Shown piece by piece: positions 1 through 10,358 of a stretch of DNA of 50,495 bases. A model generated the notes under the pieces. It was given only the letters and a program-made list of their open reading frames with translations. It did no database searches and had not been told where the DNA came from. Made by a program: the position numbers and the translations under genes. The stretch covers positions 1 to 50,495 of the forward strand of contig RQSC01000798.1 in the NCBI GenBank assembly GCA_013416795.1. Direction: 5' to 3'. Every line of letters begins with the position of its first letter. Positions within the stretch are counted from its first letter, which is position 1. This DNA comes from Prasinococcaceae sp. CCMP 1430 (Eukaryota; Plantae; Prasinodermophyta).

Positions 1-2063
1 CGCCGCGCGCCTCGCCCACCGCGGCGCCCTGCCCTTTGGGCTGCTGCTCGTCCCCCCCGCGCGCGTCGCCCGCGGCGGCGCTCGCGCCCCGCGGCGCGTC
101 TCCACCACCCTCTCCGCAATCCGCCATGCGCGCATTTCTCTGCACTTGCGCGGGGTCCTTGAGCTGCGGCATGGCTGGCATGATCGGCAGCTGGCTGCAC
201 AGCGCACCCCCGCCGGCCGACTGGGCGTACTCGATGGCGTCATTGACATCCTCCTTGAGGCCTGCTCTGATCGACCCGATGAGGCCCTTCATCTGCGCCT
301 GATACGACTCGAAATCGTCGACGAACTTGGTCGCGCTGGCCGTGTACTGCTCGGACGACGGCAGCTTCACTCCCGCCCCCGTGCGCGCCGAGGGCGGCCG
401 CGCGTGCATGAGAGGTGTGGGCGCCTTGCCATTAAGCGGCGTGCACGGCCGTGCGCCGAGGTGCTCGAGCGGCGTGGCTGGTCGCCGATGTGACGCTCGC
501 GGGGGCGCCGCCCCCGCTCCGCGCGCCGCGGGCTGGTAGCTCACCCCCGCCGAAGACGCCATCTGGGCGAGCTTGTCGTCCGGAAGGGACGTGATGTTGG
601 CTCGCCGCATGAAACTCTCCGTGACGCATGCGCCGCCGGCGCTGGCCGCCCCTTCGCCCTCTTCCAGCGTCAGCACTTCCGCGTGCTGGTCGCGCCGGAA
701 GGTCGCTCCGTCGGTGTATGTGCGCTGCTCGAGCTCATCGCGCGCGCGGTCGGCCTGCCCGACGTCGATACCATCGAGGCGGATGAGGTTAGGAATCGCG
801 CGCGCGATCCGCCGGCGAGCGGTGGGCGCGTCTGCGCGTGTGATGGCGGGGTTACCCTCCACCTGAAGCTCGCTGAGCGGCGGCAGCGCCCCCAGCACGT
901 TCACCAGCGAGTCGAGGTCATCGAGGGCGTTGCGCGATGCGTCCAGCACCTCTAGCTGCGGGCAGGACGCGGCAAGAGTCGAGAGGTCCGCAATCCTGTT
1001 GTCCGCTATGTACAGCTCAGTCAGCACGCGCGCGCGGGGGGCTTTGCCGGCGGCTCCGGCGCCGCTGGCCGGGCAAGACGGCGCCTCGGCGAGCGGCGAA
1101 GGCGCGTCGGCCCTGCTGCCCGCCCTGCCCGCCCCCGGCTTGCCCCCGCCTGCCCGGGACGTCCCTGGCTGCGCTGCGCCCTCCGCAGCCACCTTTGCCG
1201 GGACGGCGAGCGCCCTGACGCTGGTGATGGCGTTGCCGTTGAGGCGCAGGACGTCGAGCCGCGTGAGCGTCGCGATGCCCCTCGCCGACGCGAGCCGGTT
1301 GCGGCTGGCGTCCAGCTCGGTGAGCTTGGTGCAGCGCTGCACGCCCTCGAGCGTCTCGAGCAGGTTTCCGCTCACATTGAGCTCCTCCAGCGCCACGCAT
1401 CCGTCGATCGCCCCGGCAAGCGTCGTGAGCTTGTTGGAGCTCAGGTCGAGGGAGGTGAGCGACCCCATGCGCCCCAGATCGCCCGGCCTGCCTGATCACC
1501 TCGATGCTGTTTCCGTCGAGCCGCAGCGTCCGGAGCTGGCGCAGGTGGCTGATGCACTCCACGGTCTTGAGCGCGTTGCCGTTGAGCAGCAGCACCTGCA
1601 GCGCCCCCAGCCGCTGCAGGCCTTCGATGAGGCGCAGGCGATTGCCGTAGAGCTTGAGCTCGCGCAGCTCGGTGTTGGACCCGATGCCGTCGATGTACTC
1701 GAGCTCGTTGCAGCTGAGGTCGAGCGAGCGGCATTTGCGTGCGGCGGCGAGAAAGGGCGGTGCCTTCCTCAGGCCGCGCGCCCGAAGGTCGAGCGCCACC
1801 GCCGTACGAGGGTCCTCTCCGCCCGCGGCCTCCAGCAGCAGCGGCGGGAAGTCGTCCACGCCGCCGCCGCCATCCGTCCCGCGCACTCCGGCAGGAGCAT
1901 CGCCCTTGGCGCCCTTGGTGGGCCTGGCGGCCCTGAAGGCCCTGACACCGTTGGCGCCGGCGCCGGGCGCCTGACCGCGCTGGGGCATCGGCATGGCTGC
2001 CGCCCCAGCCCCCACCCCCGACCCACCCACCTCGGCCTCCAGCCTCGTCCAGTCGCGCGGCAC
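1..2063 (-). CDS. SDS22-like leucine-rich repeat protein with LRRcap; runs off the window end; one frameshift at 1487-1494; 5' end uncertain
   Basis: LRRs LDLSCNELEYIDGI, LKLYGNRLRLIEGL, LRLDGNSIEVI. After a 4-bp shift the frame continues LDLSSNKLTTL, LNVSGNLLETLEGV, LYIADNRIADL, LQVEGNP...IPNLIRLDG and stays open to base 1. Confidence 0.85.
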
Positions 2064-2710
2064 GTCCGCCCCGCGTTCGGCGCGCGCGCGGGCGCGCCGG
2101 TCCGCGTGGCGATGCTACGACCGCGCCCCGTCCCTCCTCCTGCTGGTCGAGGCTGCGTGGGGGAGGAACGGGGGTGGTGATGGTGCGGCGATGGGGGTTG
2201 GGTGAGGGGAGAGGGGAGTAGGCAGGAAGGGGGGGTCGTGCACGCGCCACGCGCGCTCTGGCGCCCCCTCCCCGCCCCACCATCCCCTCCCCCGCGAGCC
2301 CCCCCTCCGGGATGCGCTCAGCCGCGCCATCCGAACTCGGCTGCGGCGCGCGTTCCCCGACCGACGAGCCGGCCGACCCGCTTCGCTTTTGAGTGCGGGT
2401 GCCGCACCGGGCGGGCGCGCGCCCCCCCCGGCCGNNNNNNNNNNNNNNNNNNNNNNNNNNNNNNNNNNNNNNNNNNNNNNNNNNNNNNNNNNNNNNNNNN
2501 NNNNNNNNNNNNNNNNNNNNNNNNNNNNNNNNNNNNNNNNNNNNNNNNNNNNNNNNNNNNNNNNNNNNNNNNNNNNNNNNNNNNNNNNNNNNNNNNNNNN
2601 NNNNNNNNNNNNNNNNNNNNNNNNNNNNNNNNNNNNNNNNNNNNNNNNNNNNNNNNNNNNNNNNNNNNNNNNNNNNNNNNNNNNNNNNNNNNNNNNNNNN
2701 NNNNNNNNNN

Positions 2711-4537
2711 AAGGCCGGCGCAGAGGCCGAGCGCGCCCCCGCCGGCGGCGACGAGGCCGCGGCGGCGAGCGGCGGGCCTGGATCGAGGGAGTGCGTCGCG
2801 GTGGTCTCGTACCTCCTCGACGTTGCCACGCGCGCCAGCCTCAAGGGCGATGGCAAGTACATGCACCTCGTCAAGGTGAGCGCGAGGCGCGGCGCCGGCC
2901 TTTTCGGAGCGCGCGCGCGCGCGCGCCCAACCGCGGCCGCGGCAGACGCCAGCCGGCCACGCGGCTGACGCGCAGCGCCCCCATCCGTCATCCCATCGTC
3001 CTCGCTCCTCCCTTGCGCGCGCGCGCGCGCGACTGCTGTGCTCCACCCCGCGGGCGGCGTCGAAGGCGCTCGGCGACGTCTGCGCCGAGTGGGGCACCAT
3101 GGAGGAAGGTGGCGCTCAGCAGCCGGCCGAAGTCTACTCCGTCGATGCGTCCATCCAGGTGTGCGCCCTCGCGACCCAGGAGGCCCTCACCCTTCGTGAC
3201 TCGAATTTTCTTGTCAACGTGCCTTCCATGGTGTCCGAGATCGGCGCGGCCATAGTCATGGACGACCCCGCCGCGTGCGAGGAGCTCGACGCCCTTGCGC
3301 TGGAGGCGCGCGTGCAGGTGGGCGTCGCGTGCCTTCGTGAGGACCTGGAAGAGAGCAGGGCCGTCACCAAGGACTGCTGGGATGCCTATCAGATGTGCTT
3401 GGAGGACCACCTGGGACCGGCAGCCGTCAAGGCCGTGTCAACCGACGTCCCGAACGGGGATGCCTTCACGAAGGTGCGCCCCCAATCCCCCCAACCCCGC
3501 GCTCCTCCACCACCGCCCGCCCACCCACCCTGCCCACGCGCGCGCGCGAGGACGCGCACTGCGAAGATGCGAGCCCGCGGCGAAGGAGTCCCTGCTGGCA
3601 GGCTGACGCGCGCGGGCCGCGGCTGCATCTCGATGCGCAGGAGATGACGGCGATGTACCGGCGCCTTAAAAGCGTCAAGCGCACGACCGCCACCGCGAAG
3701 GCGCTGATCGCCGAGTTTCCGGCTGACAAGTTCGAGGCCAAGCTCAGGGACATGGTGAACTTGTACATCGCGCTCAAGACGCCGCTGCTCGCTGCGCTTG
3801 CGAAGGATGTCAAGGAGGGACTGTACCACCCCGACAGGGACTTTGTGCCGCCCGCGAAGAAGCAAAAGGTGCAAGAGGCCGGCGAGGTCGGCGAGGAACT
3901 CCAGGCTGAGACCGCGGACACGGGCGAAGCGAAGGCGCGGAATGGTCCGCCAACGCGCCGTCCTAGGGTCGATTTCACAGAGGCGGAGACCGATGCGGTC
4001 GTGGAAGGTTTCAAGAACCATGGTACAGACTTCAGGGCCATTCTCGAGGAGTACGCGGGCGTGTTCAATGAGTGTCGCCAGGCCGTCGACATCAAAGACA
4101 AGGTCAAGAACATGAAGAAGAAGTACGGAGACAAGCTGGAAAACTACGAGGCTCTCAAGGCCGCGGCGGCGCCACGTGCCCCTCCGCCGCCGTCGTCGCA
4201 GCAGCAGCAGCAGGCGGGCACGTCGATGCAGGTGCCGTCGGAGGATGTGGGCGCGGCTGTGGGGCCGCCGATGGCCGAGCGACAGGCCGCTGGGGGGCAA
4301 CCGTCAGGTCCCAAGGGCAGGCGCACGAACAAGCCGTGGAGCGAACAGGAGGTGAAGGCGCTGATCGACGCGGCGCGACGCTTCGGTTGCAGGTGGAAGA
4401 CTCTCCGTGCGGAAACGCTTGGAGTCATCGAGGACTTCCGCACGAACGTCGACTTCAAGGACAAGTGGCGCGTCCTCGAAAGAAACGGAACAGTTTCTGA
4501 GGACGACTTCGAGAAGCCGACGCGCAGGCCATCGTAG
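2711..4537 (+). CDS. Telomere-repeat-binding-factor-like protein with two telobox-type Myb/SANT domains; introns about 2876-3065 and 3474-3640; 5' end in gap
   Basis: Myb1 DFTEAETDAVVEGFKNHG...RQAVDIKDKVKNM; Myb2 PWSEQEVKALIDAARRFGCRWK...RTNVDFKDKWRVL. Phase-0 GT-AG introns join the exons in frame. Confidence 0.8.
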
Positions 4538-5014
4538 AGAGCCATTCCGGCTGCGCACGGACGCAGCACTACAAAGTGACGCTGCAGCAGCGCCACACAT
4601 GACTGCGGGCAGGCGCGAGCCACGGGCGCGGGCGCCCGGCGCGCGTGCGTGCACTTGCCGCGCGGGTGGGTAGTGGCCATCGCTCATCATTAAGTGTGTC
4701 GCGCTGTACGCAGCCAAGCGCGTGCATGGCGCCATCCCGCGCATCGTCCGCGCACTCTGAGCCGGCCGGCCCACGCCGTGCGTGCGCCCGTGGCTCCCGG
4801 CTGGTGTCTGGGGCGACCGCTCCTCCGTCCGCGCGCGCTGGTGTGCGTGCGCGTCAGCAACCGCCGCGAACGAGGCTTCCGAGACCGCATCCGAGATGCA
4901 CACGCGACATTCCGCACCACACCATAGCGAATGGGGGGCATCAAATTGATTGGTCCGGGACGGGGAAGCTCCAACGTCCCCGCGCTGTGCCACACAGCAC
5001 GCGCGCGTGCGCCC

Positions 5015-5608
5015 ATGTCTGCGCCCGCAAGGGAGGGCGCAGGGACCAGCTCGCCGCCGTGTGCGCCGTCGAGCGTCGAGCTGCAGACTGCGCTTCTCGG
5101 GCTCGCGCCAGCTCCAGCCGCGCACCCCGGCGCGGGCGCCGTTGCGCACGCGCAGGCGCGCGCGCACGCAGCACTCGCAGCGGCGGCCGACCAGCTCAGC
5201 GCGGCGGCCGGGTTGCTAGAGGCGGCGGCAGAAGGTGGGCAAGCGGCCGCCGAGCTCCAGGCTGGCGCGAGCGCTGTGAAGGTGCGCACTAGCTTGCACG
5301 CGTTCGCCTGCGCCCCTGCGCGCAGCATCAGGCACGCGCGCGCGGTGGCACCCGCGCACAGGTGCGACCCGTCCCACTAACCCTCAGCGCGCCTCCTGTC
5401 GCCTCAACTCCATGTCTGGTGGTGCGCACCCTGCCGCGCCTTGTCTGCACAGAACACGGCCGCGGACCTGCACTGGGTGACGACGCACGTGGCCGCTCTC
5501 AAGCGCCGGCTTGCGTCGGCCTTTCCAGAGGAGTACGCGGCGGCCGAGGCGGAGGTCGCGGACAGCCACGCGTCTGTCGCGGAGCGGCTCGAGCGCCCGC
5601 GTGAGTAG
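5015..5608 (+). CDS. KXD1: KxDL-motif protein (BORC/BLOC-associated KXD1-like); exons 5015-5281 and 5453-5608
   Basis: Spliced product ends AVKNTAADLHWVTTHVAALKRRLASAFPEEY, resembling the KxDL family C-terminal helix. Intron has GTGCGC donor, CTAAC branch site and CAG acceptor. Confidence 0.6.
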
Positions 5609-5732
5609 GCGACGCGCCGCGCTGGTGGTCACGCGAGGTGGGGGGTGCTTGGCGTGTTTGAGGGATTGAGTCGGTTGGTGGGTGGGGGCGACTCGCGCGC
5701 GCTTGCGTGTGCTCGTTGAGGAGGCGCGGAGC

Positions 5733-6944
5733 ATGAGTATGTCTGTGGCCCGAGTATTGCTGGGCAGGTCCGCGTCGGTGGTGGCAGCTCGCGCGCCGAG
5801 GCAGAGACCATACCGGCGTCGGAGGCGAACGGCACCTGTGGCCGGCACGCGTACGAGCTCGAGCAACGCGGGGCACGAACAGCAGCAGCAGCAGCAGCAG
5901 CAGGCGTCGGATCAGGCGCATCAGGACAGCGCCGGCTTTCCGCATGTGTCGGTGATGCTCGACGAGGTGCTCGCGGCCTTCGAGGGGCGGCCGGTCCGCA
6001 CGTTCATTGACGGTACTCTCGGCGCCGGCGGGCACTCGTCGGCGCTCGCAGCGGCGCACCCGGAAATGCGCAAGCTTGTTGGGTTGGACGTAGACCCGAC
6101 CGCGCATGCGCTCGCAGGCCCTCGCATCGCCGCAGCCGCCGCGAGCTCCGAGCTGGAGGTCGACCTACGCCTGTCAAACTTCTCCCGGCTCGAGGAGCAG
6201 GCCGACGCTGCGGGCGTGCTCGCGTCGGGCGGTGCCGATGGCATCCTGCTGGACCTGGGCGTATCGAGCATGCAGCTTGACGACCGCTCGCGCGGCTTCT
6301 CTTTCCTGTCCCCCGACGAGCGCGCCGACATGCGCATGGATCCTCAAAGCCCACTCGACGCGGCCACGCTGGTCAACACGTGGAGCGAGGACGAGATCGG
6401 GCGCGTGCTGCGCGAATACGGCGAGGAGCGGCGCTGGCGCTCGCTGGCGGCGCGGCTGGTGCGCGCGCGCAGCGAGCGCGGCGCACCCATCGAGACGGTG
6501 GGCGAGCTCATCACCGCCATGGGGCTGCCGCTCGACAGGAGGCGTGGGCGGGACAAGATCCACCCCGCCACGCGCGCCTTTCAGGGCATACGCATCGCTG
6601 TGAACGGCGAGTTGGACGTGCTCAAGGCCGTGCTGCCGCAAGCGATGCGCGCGCTGGCGCCCGGCGGCCGTCTGGCGATCATCTCCTTCCACTCACTCGA
6701 GGATAGGATGGTCAAGCGTGCCTTCCGCGAGGCCGAAGCTCAGACCAAGCGCCCGAGCGCGGAGGCGGTCGCCGCGGGCTTCGCCTCGGAGCCCCCGCCG
6801 CGAGATACCGACTGGCCTGACGACCTTCCGCGCGTCCGGCTGGTCAATCGCAAGGCCGCCGCGCCCTCCAAGAACGAAACCGAGGGAAACAAGCGGGCGC
6901 GCTCGGCCAAGCTGCGAGTGCTCGAGCGCCTCCCGGACGAGTGA
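5733..6944 (+). CDS. rsmH: Organellar SSU rRNA m4C methyltransferase RsmH/MraW (METTL15-like) with transit peptide
   Basis: HVSVMLDEVL, DGTLGAGGHS, DLGVSSMQLD, RGFSF, DMRMD, HPATRAFQGIRIAVNGEL, ISFHSLEDRMVK, NKRARSAKLR. Arg/Ser/Ala-rich N-terminus with polyQ. Confidence 0.97.
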   Translation: MSMSVARVLLGRSASVVAARAPRQRPYRRRRRTAPVAGTRTSSSNAGHEQQQQQQQQASDQAHQDSAGFPHVSVMLDEVLAAFEGRPVRTFIDGTLGAGGHSSALAAAHPEMRKLVGLDVDPTAHALAGPRIAAAAASSELEVDLRLSNFSRLEEQADAAGVLASGGADGILLDLGVSSMQLDDRSRGFSFLSPDERADMRMDPQSPLDAATLVNTWSEDEIGRVLREYGEERRWRSLAARLVRARSERGAPIETVGELITAMGLPLDRRRGRDKIHPATRAFQGIRIAVNGELDVLKAVLPQAMRALAPGGRLAIISFHSLEDRMVKRAFREAEAQTKRPSAEAVAAGFASEPPPRDTDWPDDLPRVRLVNRKAAAPSKNETEGNKRARSAKLRVLERLPDE

Positions 6945-7081
6945 GCGCCGGCCGCACGCGGGCCGCGCCGCCTGCACGTTACTCACTCTTGATCTCTCTT
7001 ATAGCGGCGCGCGGCGGGGCCGCGCGGCAAGCGTCGCCTCCGCGCGGCGCGCGGCGCCTCCCGTCCTTTGTCTTTCCCACT

Positions 7082-7478
7082 TTAAGCAAGGAGCGCCTTC
7101 GCCGAGAGGGCGGCGCCCTTGAAGTTGATGATGAGCAGGCTGAGCAGGCCCACGTACTTGAGGGTCGGGAGGACGCCCTTGTTCCGCGCCTCCGGCCCGC
7201 CGCTGGTGTACTGCGCCGAGTAGCGATCGGCGCCGATGGTCCACAGGATCAGCGAGGCGGCCGCCGCGACCGGGTGCGCGAGGCCGCCCACCAGCGTGAG
7301 CGCCAGGACACCTGGGTACGTCTCCAACGCATTCTGATGGCCGCGCTGTGCGGAGTTGAACGCGATCCCTGACTCGGCCGTGCCATCCTCCGCGTTGGAG
7401 ACGAGCTTGCCCTGTGCGTCCGTGTACACAGTGGCGTACATGGCCGGGTACTTCACCCCGTACTTCTTCCTCGCCGAC
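7082..7478 (-). CDS. MGST3: MAPEG family microsomal glutathione S-transferase 3-like; last exon only, first (TM1) exon not found
   Basis: SARKKYGVKYPAMYA, FNSAQRGHQNALETYP, RYSAQYTSGGPEAR. Upstream GCTGAC branch site (7531-7536) and AG acceptor at 7479-7480. Confidence 0.85.
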
Positions 7479-8105
7479 CTTTGCCGCGAGGTGGCGGATC
7501 GCGCGCGGCATTATTCGTAACGCGCGCGGTGTCAGCCGCCGCCGGCGCGGCGCGGGTGCGCGGCGCGCGGCAACGACTTTTCCCCGGCGCGTGCGCGTTG
7601 TGTGGCGCGGCGCCGCCGCCGCCCCACCACATTGCCCGCGAGCGGCCGCGCGCCGCATCGCCCTCGCCCGCCTGGCGCCCCATCCACTCGAGCGTCTCGT
7701 GACACCCACTGGCACGACGCGAGATGCAACGCTGCCCCGCGCAACGCCATGGCAAGGCACACTTCCGAACAACCCACACCCGCGCTTGATGAGACCACAC
7801 CCACCCCGGGGCAGAGGAATGAATGCAAGGAGTCATGATGAGCGTGGAACGCCTCGCCGCGTCGCTGGCGACCAATTTCGAATCGAATCCTGCATAGCGA
7901 GCCACGCGCGGAATCGGATGCGCCGCATCGATGCACGTCCGCGGGTGTTCCGCCTGGTGCCTGGTGGAGATGTGGCTGGGGGCGCGCGAGGTCTGCTATT
8001 TGTGGCGACGTGGCTAAGCCACAGTGTGACTTTGATGTACAAAACACTACTCAATTTCACCGAGCGGCCAGCCCGAAGCCCTGTCCCCTGTCCACACGCT
8101 CGCGA

Positions 8106-8915
8106 ACGGATCGCGCGGCCCGTGTGTGCGTTCGCGGCCGCCGCGCGCCACACCGCCGCGCGCTGGGCGCGCCGTTGACGCGCAGCGAGGCCGCCCCGGC
8201 CCAGCGCGCGCGGCGCGCGGTCGCGCGCGCTCAGGCGAAGAAGGGCGGCGGCTTTGGCGCCAAGCCGAAGAGCCAGGCCGCGCAGCCCAAGAAGGGCTTC
8301 GGCCGCATGCTGGGCGAGGACACCGGCGCGGAGGTCATCAAGAGCGCCGACGCCGCCGACGCTCCGTGCATGTGTGGCTCGGGGAAGACGCACGCGGAAT
8401 GCTGCGCGCCGCTCATCGCGGGCAAGCGAGACGCGGCCACCGCCGAAGAGCTCCTGCGTGCGCGATACAGCGCTTACAAGTTGGCCAGCGACAGGGCGGT
8501 GGAGTTCATCATCGAGACCACGCACCCCGACCACCTCAAGGAGTCAAAACGCACCGCCAAGGAGCTGCGTGACGACACGGAGCTCACTTGCAAGCAGTGC
8601 TGCTACGATGACTTCAAGGTGCTCGAGGCTGGCTCGGGCGACGCGAGCGCCGACGAGGACACCGTCCGCTTCAGGGTGTGGTTTAGGTTTGTGAAGTACT
8701 TCAAGGGGGAGAAGCGAGGGAAGAAGAGGAGCTCCCTGGAATACGGGCCAGAGACGACGAACACAGAGACCAGCGTTTTCAGGAAGGAGGGCGGCAAGTG
8801 GAAGTTCGTCAAGTCGACCGAGCGCGATGACGCCCCCTACAAGAAGGGCGACACCGGCGCCGCGCCTGCCACGGACTTCCTCAGCCTCGCTAAGCGCGCG
8901 ATGGGGCAGCGGTAG
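8106..8915 (+). CDS. YchJ/UPF0225-like SEC-C motif protein, probably plastid-targeted; start codon uncertain
   Basis: PCMCGSGKTHAECCAPLIAG...TAEELLRARYSAY, TTHPDH, ETSVFRKEGGKWKFV. Arg/Ala-rich leader followed by KGGGFG. Confidence 0.85.
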   Translation, partial: TDRAARVCVRGRRAPHRRALGAPLTRSEAAPAQRARRAVARAQAKKGGGFGAKPKSQAAQPKKGFGRMLGEDTGAEVIKSADAADAPCMCGSGKTHAECCAPLIAGKRDAATAEELLRARYSAYKLASDRAVEFIIETTHPDHLKESKRTAKELRDDTELTCKQCCYDDFKVLEAGSGDASADEDTVRFRVWFRFVKYFKGEKRGKKRSSLEYGPETTNTETSVFRKEGGKWKFVKSTERDDAPYKKGDTGAAPATDFLSLAKRAMGQR

Positions 8916-8966
8916 GGGCGAGGGCCAAAAATGTCACACCACAAAAATATTCGCGTGAGTGAGGTG

Positions 8967-10358
8967 TCAGCCCTCGGGCGCGAAGCTCTGCTTGCCCAGG
9001 ACGATCCTCTCGATGAGGTCGAGCGCAGCCTCCGGCTGGTCGCGCGGGGCGAGGTGTCCCGCGTTGTTGACCACGACGAAGGACAGTCCACCGCCTTGCC
9101 GTGCGAAGCCGTACACCGGCCCCTCCTGGCCCCCCAGTCCGTGCCTCCCGCGCCACAGCGTCCTCGTGGCTGTCCGAAACTCCGCCTCACGCGCGAAGCG
9201 CACGCCCGCGTCGAGCGCACGCTCGGTGCTCATGTGGTTGAACGGCGAGCCATCCATGTTGCCCGCGTACACAACGACTGGAAATCCCTTGTCCAGCAGC
9301 CGGCCAAGGCGCGGCAGCGCGCCGGGGCGCTCGATCTCGCCGTACAGAGCTGCGCTCACCCGGTTCGGCACCGTCTCGCCATCGCCGGACTTCCACTCGT
9401 ACGCTGATGGCACGTTGAGTGCGGCCTTGGTCGCGTTGTCGTTCAGGTACGCTCCGAGGGTCTTGTCCAGGCGCTGCAGCGGGTTGCCCCACACGCGCGC
9501 GTCGTAGCGGAACGCCCCCCCGGCGACCGCCACGAGCTCGTCGCACCACGCCTCGCACGCCGCCGTGGCAGCCGCACGCGCGGTGGTGCCTGCGCGCACC
9601 AGCGCGCTGCAATTTGCGAATGCTACGCCCTTCAAGCGCTCGACGTCTGCATCGCCGATGTAGCCCATGCCTCGCAGCATGTCCGCCGTCGGTGGGTATT
9701 GCAAGAGCGTGTCGCTCTCCGGGTTGCCCACCACGAGCCCTGCGAACGCCGCGCTCGCCGCGGGGTACCGCTTCGCGGCTGCCGAGTCGAGCACGAGAGC
9801 CTCGGCGAGCCAAGGCAGATACCTCCCGGCGAAGCTCTCGCCGGTGACCCACAACGGGGCGCCCGCGAGGTCGCCCGCGTGGATGTCGCCAATGAGCGCC
9901 TCCAGAACTTCGGATAGGTCCGCGGCCGTCTGTTCGAGCGTGGTCGCGTAGCAATCGCCGCCACCGCCATCGGCACTCAAATCCGAGTCACACGACGCGT
10001 CGACGTGAGCAAAGCCAGTGCCCACGGGCTGGTCGACAAAGAGCGTCCATGCGTGCGCGTTCCACGCGTGCGCATTCGGCGCGAGAGCGCCGTCGTCGCC
10101 GAGCGCGTAGCCACCATTCTCGGCGAGCAGGCCAGTGAGAGAGCTCGAGCCTGGGCCCCCGTTCAGCCAGAGGACCAGCGGCGCGCGCGGCTGGAGTGCA
10201 GAGGGCGCGTTCCTCGGCGCCTGTAGCCAGTAGAAGAGCTCGCGCGGCCCGTGGCTCTGGTCGCCAACGGCGAGCATGCCCGCGTAGTTGCGCTCCAGCA
10301 GCGCGCCCCGCAGGCGCGGGAGCGCGCGCACCTCGTCGCCCTTCTGGTTGGCGGCGGC
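8967..10358 (-). CDS. Serine carboxypeptidase (peptidase S10); signal peptide and start codon missing
   Basis: PLVLWLNGGPGSSSL, LFVDQPVGTGF, catalytic WVTGESFAG, YAGNMDG, NAGHLAPRDQP. Confidence 0.95.
   Translation of the reverse strand, partial: AAANQKGDEVRALPRLRGALLERNYAGMLAVGDQSHGPRELFYWLQAPRNAPSALQPRAPLVLWLNGGPGSSSLTGLLAENGGYALGDDGALAPNAHAWNAHAWTLFVDQPVGTGFAHVDASCDSDLSADGGGGDCYATTLEQTAADLSEVLEALIGDIHAGDLAGAPLWVTGESFAGRYLPWLAEALVLDSAAAKRYPAASAAFAGLVVGNPESDTLLQYPPTADMLRGMGYIGDADVERLKGVAFANCSALVRAGTTARAAATAACEAWCDELVAVAGGAFRYDARVWGNPLQRLDKTLGAYLNDNATKAALNVPSAYEWKSGDGETVPNRVSAALYGEIERPGALPRLGRLLDKGFPVVVYAGNMDGSPFNHMSTERALDAGVRFAREAEFRTATRTLWRGRHGLGGQEGPVYGFARQGGGLSFVVVNNAGHLAPRDQPEAALDLIERIVLGKQSFAPEG

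Noticed and set aside
5733-6944. Bacterial contamination or recent HGT for rsmH, the YchJ-like gene and the alpha/beta hydrolase
   Set aside because: They carry eukaryotic targeting leaders and host-like GC3 usage, and sit among intron-containing genes.
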